This document shows, in pieces, positions 39,601 through 53,000 of a stretch of DNA of 64,000 nucleotides. The stretch is from contig JBBDTI010000075.1 of the NCBI GenBank assembly GCA_040904565.1, positions 42,408 to 106,407 of the forward strand, written 5' to 3'. Source of the stretch: Rhodothermales bacterium. GTDB lineage: Bacteria > Bacteroidota > Rhodothermia > Rhodothermales > VXPQ01. The translations under genes and the position numbers were made by a program. Each line of letters starts with the position of its first letter. Within the stretch, counting starts at the first letter, position 1. The notes beneath the pieces are model-generated. The model did no database searches, was not told the DNA's origin, and saw nothing but the letters and a program-made list of their open reading frames with translations.

Positions 39601-40536
39601 TTATTCGGGAAGTTGCCAGATCTCGACGAGGTTTCTTGCGATATAGGGTACGGCGACGCGATGTCGCTGTGCGTCGTACCCTATGTCTGCAGGTCTACCC
39701 TCCAGACGCGCGACGATACGATCGGTACCGTTCGAAATCACGTGCAGGCTCGAATCCGCCTGGCTGGAGATCACCAGGTCTCCGCCTCTTACGACCTCTA
39801 CGCCGTCAAGCTGCGCCCCCGACACCGATCCTTCCGTCGTCAGGCTGGGATCTTCCATCGTCCATACGAAATAGTGCTGCGAACCTCCGTACGGTACGAC
39901 CATGAACCGATCGCGCTCAGGATCCCACGTTATGCCGTTCGGGCTGTCCAGAAGCGAATCCTGATGAACGGTCGAAATGGCTCCTCCGGCAATTCGGTAC
40001 ACGGCATCGCGGCCGGTATCCGTTACGTAGAGCGCCCCATCCGGACCGGGAGTGATGTCGTTCAGAAACCCCGTATCCATCTCCGAGAAGTCGATGGTTG
40101 CCAGCGGTGCTCCGGTATGCCGGTCGAATCCGCGAACCGCGTTTACGTCACACGCCCACAGCGTGTCTCCCGTAATGGCCATACCGCGAGGCGCGTGCAG
40201 CGTCACCTCTCCTTCCCCTCCTTGAATGAACTCGAGATTTTCGACCGTACCATCGATATTCATACGGCTTATAAAGCCGTTGTTGTCGGCATCCATCCCG
40301 CCACCATTGAAGTTGCCGACGAAGTAGATGTCTTGATCGGGATCGTACCGCACGGCTTCCGGTCCCAGAAACCCCGTTGCCTCAGCAACCAGCGTAGCAA
40401 CCCCTTCACCGTCACCCTCATCGGCCGGCTGATCGCCGCACGCACCGAGGAAGAACAGGCTCACGATCAGGAGCGATCCGACTACGCATCCGCCGAATAT
40501 CTTTCCTGGAGAACTATTTGACTCACGGACGCTCAT
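39601..40536 (-). CDS. SMP-30/gluconolactonase-like beta-propeller lipoprotein
   Basis: Lipobox LGAC; PEAVRYD, APRGMAI, FLNDI, YVTDTG, PNGI, PADIG. Confidence 0.82.
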   Translation of the reverse strand: MSVRESNSSPGKIFGGCVVGSLLIVSLFFLGACGDQPADEGDGEGVATLVAEATGFLGPEAVRYDPDQDIYFVGNFNGGGMDADNNGFISRMNIDGTVENLEFIQGGEGEVTLHAPRGMAITGDTLWACDVNAVRGFDRHTGAPLATIDFSEMDTGFLNDITPGPDGALYVTDTGRDAVYRIAGGAISTVHQDSLLDSPNGITWDPERDRFMVVPYGGSQHYFVWTMEDPSLTTEGSVSGAQLDGVEVVRGGDLVISSQADSSLHVISNGTDRIVARLEGRPADIGYDAQRHRVAVPYIARNLVEIWQLPE

Positions 40537-40737
40537 GTCTGACTCGCTCTATTCGTAGTGGGAATTCGTATCCTGGTATGCCGTGCGTCACGCGTTGCTC
40601 CCAGGATCGTTTGAACCTGGCGCTGCCCGCACTGCATCTCCTCTACTTCCAGTATACTGTGCGGACCCGACAGTAGTCAACGTGATGACCGTCCACCCTC
40701 CGTGCGGATAGCGAATGCACGCTGTACGGAGAGCTGC

Positions 40738-41241
40738 TCAGGACGATACGTTCGCCTGGGCACGCCGAACCCACGCATCGAGATGAGGGCGCATGAGGTC
40801 CTCCAGTTCCGCGTTCATCCCGTCTTGATTCTCCGAGGAAACGAGGGAGGCCTCTCGCAGCATCCATCCGTCGTTCCTCTCGAACTCGAGTAGGACGGGC
40901 ACCGCAGTCGGATATGAGGGTGAGCGAGCCAGAAACGTTAGGGAAGCGGATCTCGTGCCGTTCGTCGTATCGACGCGAAACCGATATCGACCCATGACGA
41001 CATGCTCGCCGGCCATCACGTTCAAATCGCCGAAAAGACCCAGCTCCAGGGCCAGCGAGTCGCCGATCGGCGTACGATCCAGCTCCGTGAAGAGTGCCCG
41101 CGCGTAGGTTCCAAAATCCGACGCCGTCGTCGCATCCGGATGGTCCGGTGCATTGCACGCCGCCGGCGCCAGCAGCAGCAACGCGATGACCAAGACCGCG
41201 TACGGGGAGGACCGGTCGCCATCGGATGACGTGTTGGGCAT
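40738..41241 (-). CDS. Hypothetical lipoprotein
   Basis: Hydrophobic stretch ending PAAC; start uncertain. Confidence 0.55.
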   Translation of the reverse strand: MPNTSSDGDRSSPYAVLVIALLLLAPAACNAPDHPDATTASDFGTYARALFTELDRTPIGDSLALELGLFGDLNVMAGEHVVMGRYRFRVDTTNGTRSASLTFLARSPSYPTAVPVLLEFERNDGWMLREASLVSSENQDGMNAELEDLMRPHLDAWVRRAQANVSS

Positions 41242-41626
41242 GAAGCCGCCGCTTCCATCCGCGAGGTCGAACGTCAGGGATGTCAAGCGGCGCAGCGCCA
41301 GGGCGAGTCGTCTCAGCATGGAGTTCATGGCTACGGCTATGTAAAGGTGTCGGGTGCTCACGCTAAGAAAATAGTACCTAAAGCATCGTGCTCAGAAGAT
41401 TGTGTTCAGCGAATGCTACCGGGCACGTTCTGCTCGGTACGATCTCGGAGTCGCGGCAGTACAACATAGTCAACCGAAGAGACTCCTGGCGAATGGATTG
41501 CACGCTGGGTCCGATGATTCGGGGTGCGTCGGGAGGCAACGCCGTGCTGGGACCTTTTACGTGCGGTCGCGTTGAAAAGGGCCCTCAAAAAACGGCAGGA
41601 ATAGCCCCCACTACGTCATCACGAAC

Positions 41627-43975
<2,349 letters not shown>

Positions 43976-44186
43976 TCCAGGTCGAACGCGCTGGGTGGAA
44001 CGCCTTCGCCCGTGCCCGCTCTCGGTCCCGCGCATTCGGTCGAACTCGCTCTGCCGTTCTTTGACGTACGTGCCTGCGAGCGTGTTCGCTTGTGGCAGCG
44101 AGCATGGTGGAGCCTCGGGCCCGTGAACGGCGTATATCGTATGTCGTACGTGCTGGAGAATCGGCAACAAACGGGAACCTGCCACG

Positions 44187-44687
44187 ATGCGCCGCGACCT
44201 TGCCACGTTGTCCGCGATCGCCGCCGTTATCGGCGTCGCACTCTCTCTTGTACTCGGTGGATGCGGGCCCACCGACTGTCTGCCTGAGCCCGAAATGGAT
44301 GCGACCCCGCCGGAGGTCAATGTCACCGTAACCGTTACGTCGTCGAACGGAACCACGCGTACCATCGAACACGCAGCGGGTGACGCTCCGCTTAGCGTCG
44401 ACATCTCCTCCGGGAGTTCCGTATCCGTCACCTATTCGACCGTCGATTCTTCCGGACTCCGATCGCTTTCGCCCGGCATGACGATCCATGAGACGGTTGG
44501 AGTAGGCGTAGAGCGTCGTTCGGTAAGGATCGAACCTGTTCGGTCGGAATGCCCCGTTGCATCCCTCTCGCTTCGCCGTGAGGTTCGCGGCGTCAGGCCG
44601 GGAGAGTCCGTCGTCGTCACGATGGTAGCGGAAAACTGGGTCGGAGATATCGGCACGCTGGAGTCGGCCACCCTCCGATACAGGTAA
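44187..44687 (+). CDS. Hypothetical lipoprotein (Ig-like)
   Basis: Signal peptide with LGGC lipobox; DATPPEV. Confidence 0.6.
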   Translation: MRRDLATLSAIAAVIGVALSLVLGGCGPTDCLPEPEMDATPPEVNVTVTVTSSNGTTRTIEHAAGDAPLSVDISSGSSVSVTYSTVDSSGLRSLSPGMTIHETVGVGVERRSVRIEPVRSECPVASLSLRREVRGVRPGESVVVTMVAENWVGDIGTLESATLRYR

Positions 44688-44690
44688 GCG

Positions 44691-45209
44691 TTATCGCTGA
44701 TATGCGTCGGAACGGAAATAGGCTATCATATCGGTAGAGACCGGCTCGCCGTCGAGCTGTCGTATCATCGTCGTAACCTGGCCACGATGGTACGAGGCAT
44801 GATTGGCCGTATGGCACATCAGCTCCCATAGCGGCTGTTCGAATGCTTCATTCCTGCTGTTACGATAGGCAAGCGGCCTTTGAAGATCATCGTCCGTCAG
44901 CTCGCCGACGAACACCGTACGCCTGGCTGCAAGGGCCTCCCAGCGAGAGCGTACGGCATCCAGATCCGTCGGCGAATCGGCGTCCTCCATCCCGGCGGGC
45001 GAGGTTCCCGTCCACCTGGCCATCCAGATCCATTCGGACGAGACCATGTGCACCAGCGTATCGTGCATGGACGGGAAACTGCTTCCCATATCGCGGTGCC
45101 GCCGATCGGGCGGGACGCGATCGACGGCCGAAAGCATTCTCGTGTTGGCCCAGTCCGTATACGCGTACAGCGTCCGTATGTAGTCTACCGTTATCATCGT
45201 GAAGAACAC
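44691..45209 (-). CDS. DinB family protein
   Basis: YTDWANTR, SMHDTLVH, HTANHASYHRGQ. Confidence 0.9.
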   Translation of the reverse strand: MFFTMITVDYIRTLYAYTDWANTRMLSAVDRVPPDRRHRDMGSSFPSMHDTLVHMVSSEWIWMARWTGTSPAGMEDADSPTDLDAVRSRWEALAARRTVFVGELTDDDLQRPLAYRNSRNEAFEQPLWELMCHTANHASYHRGQVTTMIRQLDGEPVSTDMIAYFRSDAYQR

Positions 45210-46081
45210 CTCTCAGATTGTTCTAATGCGTGCGTCACGTGGTACGGTGCTTCCTCTGCTACAAAATGGCCGACCTCGCCGAGCGTGGTCACGTGTGCGT
45301 CGGACAGTGCGGATCGCCATCTGTCGAGATGTGAAGTTCGAAATACCGGATCCTTCATGCCCCACATGATGTGAGTAGGAATGGCCTTAAGGTTGGATCG
45401 ACGCGCCCAGAGCCCATCCAGAAACGGCGCGGACTGCAGAAAGGCACCCGGAAGCGCCGCTGAGGCGGCCGCATCGTCGCGTAGCGGCTCAATATACTGC
45501 CTATGGACGGTTGATGGGAAGGCCTTTCGGTCCCCTATCCCGAACGGCATGAGCCGGGCAAGGACATTCGCACGCCGGGTGGCCACGCTCCCCACGCTGC
45601 TGCCGAACGTGCGTGCGAAGATCCCTAATCGGCTCCACGACGCGATCGGCCACATGATCGTATTCAGGATGACGCAGCAGCGGATGGCGCAGCCACTCCG
45701 AAATGCGGCGTCCAATCCGATCGGTCCGCCCCAGTCATGGACGACGATCGCTATCTCGTCCAGATCGAGCTCGTCCAACAGCCTCCGCAGGCACGCCGCC
45801 TGATCTTCGGGTGAATAGCTCCAGCCTGCGGGCCGGTCGGACAGTCCGAAGCCGACGAGATCGGGCGCGATGCAGCGCCGTGAGGCGCTCATGCGCAAGA
45901 TGCATCTCCTGTACATGAACGACCACGTCGGATTGCCGTGAACGAAAAGAACGGTCGGGCCCGAGCCTTCATCGACGAAGTGCATTCGGCCAGGTCCAAC
46001 GTCGATGTAGTTCCGTTCGAAGGGATAGGCCTTCCGATCCAGCCACGCAGGCTCCCTGGCGCGGCGCCCCGACGAGCTCAT
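45194..46081 (-). CDS. Alpha/beta hydrolase (haloalkane dehalogenase/OleB-like)
   Basis: HGNPTWSF, APDLVGFGLSD, VHDWGGPIG, WGMKD, GHFVAE. Confidence 0.88.
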   Translation of the reverse strand: MSSSGRRAREPAWLDRKAYPFERNYIDVGPGRMHFVDEGSGPTVLFVHGNPTWSFMYRRCILRMSASRRCIAPDLVGFGLSDRPAGWSYSPEDQAACLRRLLDELDLDEIAIVVHDWGGPIGLDAAFRSGCAIRCCVILNTIMWPIASWSRLGIFARTFGSSVGSVATRRANVLARLMPFGIGDRKAFPSTVHRQYIEPLRDDAAASAALPGAFLQSAPFLDGLWARRSNLKAIPTHIMWGMKDPVFRTSHLDRWRSALSDAHVTTLGEVGHFVAEEAPYHVTHALEQSERCSSR

Positions 46082-46124
46082 GACGGATAGGTGATGGGAG
46101 TCTTGCGGTACGGCGGGTTGATGG

Positions 46125-47159
46125 TCATCGGGCTGTCGGACGTTCCGCCTCGGCATAGAGATAGGCCATCGGCTCCAGCCGTGCACCCTCCTCGTTCGCG
46201 ACGGCGAATCTACCTCCCTCATACATCGTCGCCGCACCGTATCGTCCATCTCGGTGTGCGGCGTAGAAGCTCAAGCCGAAGTACGGTCGTCCATCTTCAT
46301 CGAGGAGGCGCTCCTGGGTAAAGCGAACGGCCCGCCGCAGCGCTTCAAGACATGCCTCCTCGGGCTCCAATCCCGTGCGCATCAGCTCGACGACGAGAAA
46401 GGCACCGCACACCTTGATGGCAGCCTCGCCGCGCCCGGTCGCCCCGGCAGCCCCAACCTCGTTATCGCAGTACTGTCCGGCTCCGACAATCGGACTGTCA
46501 CCAATGCGTCCCGGAATCTTCCACGCGAGTCCGCTCGTCGTCGTAACGGATCCGACGTTGCCCGCCGCGTTCACGGCGCATATATTAATGGTTCCGGTCG
46601 TGTTCTTCGTGGCCTCGTCTGTCCACTCGAGCCAGTTGTCGTTCTCGTTGAGTCGGCTTTTCCACGTCAGCCAATCCGTCCGGCTCTGCTCCGTAAGCAG
46701 GTTTTGCGGTTCGAATCCCATCTTGATGGCGAAGTCGCGTGCCCCTTTGCCGACTAGCATGATATGGTCCGTATGATCCATTACGGCTTTTGCTACGCGG
46801 GCCGCCGTCGGAATGTCTTCCAGCGCGGCGACGGATCCGGCGCGGCGCGTCGGACCGTCCATCACGGAGGCGTCCAGCGTTACGACGCCGTCTTCGTTCG
46901 GCAGTCCGCCGAGGCCGACGCTCTGGTCCTCGGGATCGAGCTCCTGAATCTCAACACCGGCAATGGCCGCGTCGAGCGGATCAACTCCATCCGTCGTCAT
47001 CATCTCATACGCGCGCTGGACGCCGGGGAGTCCATTCCCCGAGGCGACGACGACGGGTGCGCTCTGGGCCGGCCGGGCTTCGACCGGTCCGATGCCGGTT
47101 GCGGACGCCAGGGCTGCTGCCCCGGATACGTGCAGGAAATCGCGCCTAGATATGCTCAT
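46125..47159 (-). CDS. Tat-exported N4-(beta-GlcNAc)-asparaginase family protein
   Basis: SRRDFL; SVGLGGLP, LDASVMDG, TTTSGLAWKIPGRIGDSPI, ATGRGE. Confidence 0.9.
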   Translation of the reverse strand: MSISRRDFLHVSGAAALASATGIGPVEARPAQSAPVVVASGNGLPGVQRAYEMMTTDGVDPLDAAIAGVEIQELDPEDQSVGLGGLPNEDGVVTLDASVMDGPTRRAGSVAALEDIPTAARVAKAVMDHTDHIMLVGKGARDFAIKMGFEPQNLLTEQSRTDWLTWKSRLNENDNWLEWTDEATKNTTGTINICAVNAAGNVGSVTTTSGLAWKIPGRIGDSPIVGAGQYCDNEVGAAGATGRGEAAIKVCGAFLVVELMRTGLEPEEACLEALRRAVRFTQERLLDEDGRPYFGLSFYAAHRDGRYGAATMYEGGRFAVANEEGARLEPMAYLYAEAERPTAR

Positions 47160-47409
47160 AGGAAGGCTTATAGCAAAGGTCGATCGTGAGACGTAGCGTG
47201 AACCATACAGTATCGCCATTAACGCGCGTCTTTACAAAAACGGGTGTCGTCCCACCGCAGCGCCGTATCGCTTAATGAATGGATAACGATTCAGTGCGCG
47301 GTCCATGGTATACTTCCTCGTATATTTGTGACATTCACGGTGGAGGCAGAGACCGCGCGGCGTGAATGGACCATCATCTACGTGTAAACAGGACAGCCCG
47401 ACCAGGACC

Positions 47410-48879
47410 ATGACCTACCTATCGAGAAGATCCTTCCTCAAGCAAGCAGCCAGTACGGGTGGCGCATTGATGCTGACGGGGCGTTCCTGGGCGCGGCCGT
47501 CGCGCCCTGCCGTCGTCCACGTTACAGGTCGAGTTCTGAGCGGTGGACGCCCCGTTGCGGACGTACCCGTTTCGGATGGACTGACGGTGGTAGGCACCGA
47601 CGAGTCCGGTGCGTTTGAGTTCATCTCGCGCTCCAGGCAGCCGTTCGTGTTCCTCTCCGTTCCATCGGCGTTCCGCGTTCCCGTCAGCGAGGTTGGGACG
47701 GCCGCTTTCTACCAGCCGCTCGCAGTAGGTGCCGACGGCCGAGCCGACGTTCGTTTTGAGCTCGAGGCGGCAAACGGTTCGACGGAGGAGCACGCCTTCG
47801 TCGTCCTTGCCGATCCGCAGACACAGACGCCGGAGGAGATAGACCTGCTCCACGCACAGACGGTGCCGGACGTGATCGAGACCGTATCCGGATTCCCATC
47901 GTCGTCCATCTTTGGCGTCGCCTGCGGCGACATCATGTTCGACGATCTCGAGCTGTATCCTGACTACGAGCGGGCGGTTGCGCGAATGGGCGTTCCCTTT
48001 TTCCAGGCGGTAGGAAATCACGACCTCGATTTCGACGCGCTGGTGGATTCCACGTCTACTCGCACGTTCCAGCATCATTTCGGACCGCGCTATTATTCGT
48101 TCGACCGTGGCCGCGCGCACTACGTCGTTCTCGACGACGTATTCTGGAATCACGCCGACTATGTTGGCTATCTGGATGAGGATCAGCTCTCATGGTTGGA
48201 GGCCGACCTGGCACGGGTCGCGCCTGGACGGCTCGTCGTCGTATTCACGCACATACCCGCCCACTCGACCCGGTATCGGCGTGAAGATGAGGACCGCCCG
48301 CGTGCGACCGGCTCCATCTCGAATCGGCGAGCGCTCTACGATCTGCTGTCCCCGTTCGATGCCCACGTCATCTCCGGACATACGCACGAGAACGAGCACG
48401 TATTCGAAGGCGGCGTCCACGAGCACATCCTGGGTGCTACGTGCGGTGCCTGGTGGAGCGGCCCGATCTGTCACGACGGGACGCCGAATGGATACGGGGT
48501 CTTCGAGGTGGATGGGGATGAGATACGGTGGCGATACAAGGCGACGGGCCGGCCGGCGGACTATCAGCTTCGAGCCTACCCGATCGGATCGGATGCATCG
48601 GCGCCGGATGAGATCGTAGCCAACGTGTGGGACTGGGATCCGGAATGGACGGTTACGTGGTACGAGGATGGTGTGCGCCGAGGGCTGATGGCCCGCCGTA
48701 CGGGTACGGATCCGCATTCCGTCGAACTACACAGCGGGGAAGCATTTCCTGAGCATCGGCCATGGGTCGATCCGGTCCTTACCGACCACCTGTTCTACGC
48801 TCCCGTCTCACCGGACGCGCAGCGCGTCGTCGTCGAGGCGACGAATCGATGGGGGGAATCGTTCACCGCAGCCCTATAA
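47410..48879 (+). CDS. Tat-exported calcineurin-like metallophosphoesterase
   Basis: SRRSFL; ADPQ, GDI, GNHD, HIP, SGHTH, DGTPNGY. Confidence 0.9.
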   Translation: MTYLSRRSFLKQAASTGGALMLTGRSWARPSRPAVVHVTGRVLSGGRPVADVPVSDGLTVVGTDESGAFEFISRSRQPFVFLSVPSAFRVPVSEVGTAAFYQPLAVGADGRADVRFELEAANGSTEEHAFVVLADPQTQTPEEIDLLHAQTVPDVIETVSGFPSSSIFGVACGDIMFDDLELYPDYERAVARMGVPFFQAVGNHDLDFDALVDSTSTRTFQHHFGPRYYSFDRGRAHYVVLDDVFWNHADYVGYLDEDQLSWLEADLARVAPGRLVVVFTHIPAHSTRYRREDEDRPRATGSISNRRALYDLLSPFDAHVISGHTHENEHVFEGGVHEHILGATCGAWWSGPICHDGTPNGYGVFEVDGDEIRWRYKATGRPADYQLRAYPIGSDASAPDEIVANVWDWDPEWTVTWYEDGVRRGLMARRTGTDPHSVELHSGEAFPEHRPWVDPVLTDHLFYAPVSPDAQRVVVEATNRWGESFTAAL

Positions 48880-48934
48880 CGCCCCCTACAAAAGGTACGG
48901 GAAACGGCGGGCAAGGGTCGTACGGGCTTATCTA

Positions 48935-50218
48935 CTACGGATCTTGCAGATGGAGATCGGCAAAGTCGAGATAGCGCTGCCAGTCGTACAGCGTCAGATC
49001 GTGTTCTCCGGTCCGCACGTGATAGCCGATCCTACCCATGACCGGACGCAGCACGTCCGGCATCTCGGTCGCGGGAAGTCCGTCCGTTCCCAGGAGGCGA
49101 TACACCGGGTCTGCGTTGAGGGCCGAGAGAAACTCTCCTCGCGGATCCGCCCACAGATCCTCCGCAGCGCTGGCCACGTAGAGCGGACGGGGGGCGACGA
49201 GCGACAGCAGCATGTGCTGATCTACGGGCAGCTCGGCCTCGTTATCGGAGTAGTTGTTGAAGTTATCGGCGAACCAGTGGGGAAACGCCGTATTGATGCG
49301 GCCCACCGTTTCACCGAATCGCCGCCTGGAGAGCGCGGCTCCGCCGCATCCAGAAGCATTGGAGATCACGAGGCCGAAGCGCTCGTCGCGCGCGCCTGCC
49401 CACAGAGATGCCTTACCGAGGCGAGAGTGTCCGATGACGGCGACACGGGCCGCATCGACGTCTGAATCCGTTTCGAGGTAATCGAGACCGCGGCTGAGTC
49501 CCCAAGCCCACGCTGCGATCGCCCCCCATTCGTCCGCCTCCGGCGAGGTTTGTCCGGCCGCGTAGAACAGCGGCTGGACGCCATTTCGAAATCCGTCGTC
49601 GTAATCCGGATCCAGATCGCCGTAATAGGCCGTAACGAGGGCATATCCCCGGTCGATGATCGCGCTCACGGGCCAGCGATGCACGCGTTTTCCGCGACCC
49701 GCCTCAGTGGCACGGTGATCAGATACGCCCATGCTCTCGTTATCCATCATCCACTGATCGGATATGGAAATATCCTCGTCCGAGTACACGGTGTGGTTTC
49801 CATAAAAGCTGAGCCCAAGGAACGCTGGAGCGGGCCCCTCACGGTCATTCGGAACGAAAATTAGCAGGTCCATGCGGGGCCGATCGTTCTCGCTGAAATA
49901 GATCGACACCTCTTTCCGCGTCGCGGCTCCGCCGAGTGCGTAGGGCTCGGAGGACGTCACCTCGAACCGCATCGCGGCAGGCGCAGCGGGCGCGCGTCCA
50001 TATACTTCCGATTCGAATAGGGCCAGCAGTTCGGGTCGACGATCGTTTGTCCACGCGTCGGATGAACCTACCTCCGATCCATCCGAGAATCTCAGCGGAT
50101 CCGGCAGCTCGTAATCCGGAACCTCTGCCTCGTCGTAATTGAAACCTGCGGGCTGCGCCGCGGCGACGGCTACCCAGAAAAGGCCGGCCGTCAAGATCAA
50201 CGCTATCTGGTACGTCAT
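48935..50218 (-). CDS. CE15 glucuronoyl-esterase-like secreted esterase
   Basis: [44 protein letters not shown]. Confidence 0.87.
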   Translation of the reverse strand: MTYQIALILTAGLFWVAVAAAQPAGFNYDEAEVPDYELPDPLRFSDGSEVGSSDAWTNDRRPELLALFESEVYGRAPAAPAAMRFEVTSSEPYALGGAATRKEVSIYFSENDRPRMDLLIFVPNDREGPAPAFLGLSFYGNHTVYSDEDISISDQWMMDNESMGVSDHRATEAGRGKRVHRWPVSAIIDRGYALVTAYYGDLDPDYDDGFRNGVQPLFYAAGQTSPEADEWGAIAAWAWGLSRGLDYLETDSDVDAARVAVIGHSRLGKASLWAGARDERFGLVISNASGCGGAALSRRRFGETVGRINTAFPHWFADNFNNYSDNEAELPVDQHMLLSLVAPRPLYVASAAEDLWADPRGEFLSALNADPVYRLLGTDGLPATEMPDVLRPVMGRIGYHVRTGEHDLTLYDWQRYLDFADLHLQDP

Positions 50219-50384
50219 CGTGTCTTCCATCATCAGATCATTCCTCTTTCTGCTATCCCCAATCCAGTTCCTCGGCGCCGAACCCTGCTTTGGCGAAATA
50301 GCACGGTTCGTTGTCGAATCCATCGTCATTCCCTCCCGTTTCGCTCCACAAGTATCATCCGGCCCTGCTCCGTCGATCCGGCGT

Positions 50385-51137
50385 TCAATCCGACGCCAGC
50401 AAAAGATTATAGTACGGCCAGAGCTGCTTCATGGACAACAGCGCCTCGCGGAGGAGCCCACCACCCAGCCGAACGACATCCCGGGACGGTATGAACCGGT
50501 AGAGTCCGAATGAAGCAGCCGACGCGAAATCCTCAGGCATCACATCGATAGGCTCTGTAAAGTCCGTCTGCTCTCCCGCCCGCGAGCGGATATAAAAACC
50601 ACCCTCAGCCTCAGCAAGCTGTCCGTTTATCACGTCGAGAACTCGTGCGGATCGATCTTGGTGCGCATCGAGAGCGTGTGTGAATGTTTGTAATGCGGCT
50701 CTTCTTGCAATAACGGCAATACGAAATCCCGATGGTCGAATGCTGTGTGCAAGCTGCAGATCGGTCAGGCGGGTACGCGCCGGCCGATAGAAGGACATCC
50801 ACATGTGATGGTGACATCCTCCCGCTCCAAAATCGTTTTTCAGCAGGCGGGAGAACACATTGCGCTCCGTTTCCAGGCGCAGTCCATTCGGCAGCACGGC
50901 ATTCACGACGAGGTCGTCGCGATACGACGTGAAAGGCCGCTTGAGATGTGCGCGGATCGCCGGTTTGTCAGCCTGATACTGCTCGATATGCGGTCGAGCC
51001 CGGAGGCGCTCGAGGATCGAGAACGCTTCTTTCGTGAATCCCGGGAACGTGATGGACGGCTCATCCGGAACGACGAGCCGTTCAACGACGGCCGGATCTA
51101 CGGCATCCGTAACCGGAGGAGGCGGTTGGGAAGACAC
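50385..51137 (-). CDS. Hypothetical protein (DUF2461-like)
   Basis: FPGFT.EAF..L, weak resemblance only. Confidence 0.55.
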   Translation of the reverse strand: MSSQPPPPVTDAVDPAVVERLVVPDEPSITFPGFTKEAFSILERLRARPHIEQYQADKPAIRAHLKRPFTSYRDDLVVNAVLPNGLRLETERNVFSRLLKNDFGAGGCHHHMWMSFYRPARTRLTDLQLAHSIRPSGFRIAVIARRAALQTFTHALDAHQDRSARVLDVINGQLAEAEGGFYIRSRAGEQTDFTEPIDVMPEDFASAASFGLYRFIPSRDVVRLGGGLLREALLSMKQLWPYYNLLLASD

Positions 51138-51191
51138 GGTGTACGATCGCGGAAGGTGAATCGGGTGGCGATAGGTACGCTCGAGCCACGA

Positions 51192-51710
51192 TCATCCGCT
51201 CCAGGGCGGCGTCACGTCGTTCATCCGAGCATAGGCGATGAGCTGGCCGAGATGTTCTGAGGTATGTTCCGCGAGGCCGATCATCAAATGGCGGGTCGAT
51301 CGCTGAGAGCCGTCAAACCATTCTACGGGCGCCTCGAGGTCCCCCTCCGAGAGTCCGCCTACCTCCGAGACGATATGCTCCCTGGCCGCGCGAATGAACG
51401 CGATGACGTCGTCCTTCTGCGTGAGGTTCTCTTCGGCACCCTGAAGATTAAGCTCTTCAGGCATCGAGATTCCGCCCATGTTACCGAAGAAATAGGCAGC
51501 CGAGGATACGTGAACGAAGGCCTCGCTGATCGACCGAACGCCTTCCGCCGGACGCCAATCGTACCGGTCTGCCGGTACGGCTTCGGCGAGTTGTACCAGC
51601 TTGTCGAACGCCGCGTCGAGGTCGGCGCTCACCTCGTCCGCGACGGATTGAGCGGTAGCGGGGACGGACATCACCGCTGCCAGGAGTGCGGTTAGTAGAA
51701 GGCTGCGCAT
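51192..51710 (-). CDS. Secreted DinB-family protein
   Basis: Signal peptide; LAEAVP...WRPAEGVRS..E.FVH; HTSEHLGQLIAYAR..VTPPWS. Confidence 0.85.
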   Translation of the reverse strand: MRSLLLTALLAAVMSVPATAQSVADEVSADLDAAFDKLVQLAEAVPADRYDWRPAEGVRSISEAFVHVSSAAYFFGNMGGISMPEELNLQGAEENLTQKDDVIAFIRAAREHIVSEVGGLSEGDLEAPVEWFDGSQRSTRHLMIGLAEHTSEHLGQLIAYARMNDVTPPWSG

Positions 51711-52001
51711 GACGTTCGCGTAATTGATTGGAATGCGGAGGACGATGCGTCGGAGGACGCCTGAATGCAACGTGAGCCGCAGATCACCCGTTCAAATCTC
51801 GATTCGACCGCGCGCTCCACGCCGTGAATGACAGTGTACGGACAGAGGCAGCATTCTGGCAAGCCCTCCCGCCGCCGGCATGGCCGCCGTACGCCTCTGC
51901 TGGAACAAGAGGCGGACTATTCGGTCACGTCTACGGCACACGACGCAACACGGTGCAGCACACCGCGCCGCCCGGATTCCTCACCATCCTTCGACGCCGC
52001 C

Positions 52002-52304
52002 ATCTCCTCCCTTACCTCAAAACAGCGCGCCCACCTGCGCTCGCTCGCCCATCCGCTCAAGCCACTGGTGCACGTCGGGAAAGACGGGGTCACCGAGTCG
52101 ACCGTTCGTGCCGCCGGCGAAGCGTTCAACACCCGCGAGCTGCTCAAAGTGCGCGTCCTGGACGCAGCACCGCTCGACGCGGGTGAGACGGCGCGCAAGC
52201 TTCTCGACCAGATCGAGAACGCCGTTCTCGTGCAGGTTATCGGACACGTCTTCGTGCTGTACCGGCCTTTCCCCGACACCCCGGACATTCGCCTGCCCGC
52301 CTGA
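52002..52304 (+). CDS. yhbY: YhbY/CRM RNA-binding protein
   Basis: LTSKQRAHLRSLAHPLKP..VGKDG, ELLKVRV, VQVIGHVFVLYR; start codon unclear (ATC at 52002, or ATG at 51828). Confidence 0.88.
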   Translation: MSSLTSKQRAHLRSLAHPLKPLVHVGKDGVTESTVRAAGEAFNTRELLKVRVLDAAPLDAGETARKLLDQIENAVLVQVIGHVFVLYRPFPDTPDIRLPA

Positions 52305-52312
52305 CGCACCGT

Positions 52313-52972
52313 CTACTTCGCTGTAGACGCAACGAGGCGTGCGGTGGCGGCTTCAAGCCTGGCCTCGACGTCGTCGGATTCGGAGACGGAAAATCCAAGA
52401 TCCTGCAGCAGGCCGTCGGTCAGACTGTAGAGCCACCCGTGAACGGACAGCCTCTGTCCACGTGCCCAGGCTTGCTGAAGGATGGTCGTCCGGCACACAT
52501 TGGCCGCCTGCTCGATGGCGTTTAGCTCACAGAGGCGGTCTGCTACCTCATCGTGCGTGGTGAGGTGGTCGAGCTCGTCGGCGTGGCGGCTCTTAACGTC
52601 GCGGATGACGCGGAGCCAGTTATCGATCAGTCCGAGATTCGTTTCACCCAGGGCGGCACGCACGCCGCCACAGCCGTAGTGTCCGCATACGATGATGTGT
52701 TTCACCTGCAATACATCGACGGCATACTGGATGACCGATAGGCAATTCATGTCCGTGTGAATCACCAGGTTCGCGATATTGCGGTGGACGAACATGTCAC
52801 CCGGTGAGAGATCGACGATCTGATTGGCCGGTACCCGGCTGTCCGCGCACCCGATCCACAGGTACTTCGGTGCCTGGTCCCTGGACAATTCAGCGAAGAA
52901 CCCAGGTGTCTCTTCCTCGACGCGCTGCGCCCAATCTCTATTTTTGGCGAAAAGTTCCGGTAAGATACGCAC
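52313..52972 (-). CDS. can: Beta-carbonic anhydrase
   Basis: WIGCADSRV, HRNIAN, CGHYGCGG. Confidence 0.95.
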   Translation of the reverse strand: MRILPELFAKNRDWAQRVEEETPGFFAELSRDQAPKYLWIGCADSRVPANQIVDLSPGDMFVHRNIANLVIHTDMNCLSVIQYAVDVLQVKHIIVCGHYGCGGVRAALGETNLGLIDNWLRVIRDVKSRHADELDHLTTHDEVADRLCELNAIEQAANVCRTTILQQAWARGQRLSVHGWLYSLTDGLLQDLGFSVSESDDVEARLEAATARLVASTAK

Positions 52973-53000
52973 GAGCCTGTACTCAGGATGGATGGTTATT

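Noticed and set aside
41345-41626. T-box leader upstream of glnS
   Set aside because: No T-box consensus (GGTGGNACC) or terminator/antiterminator seen
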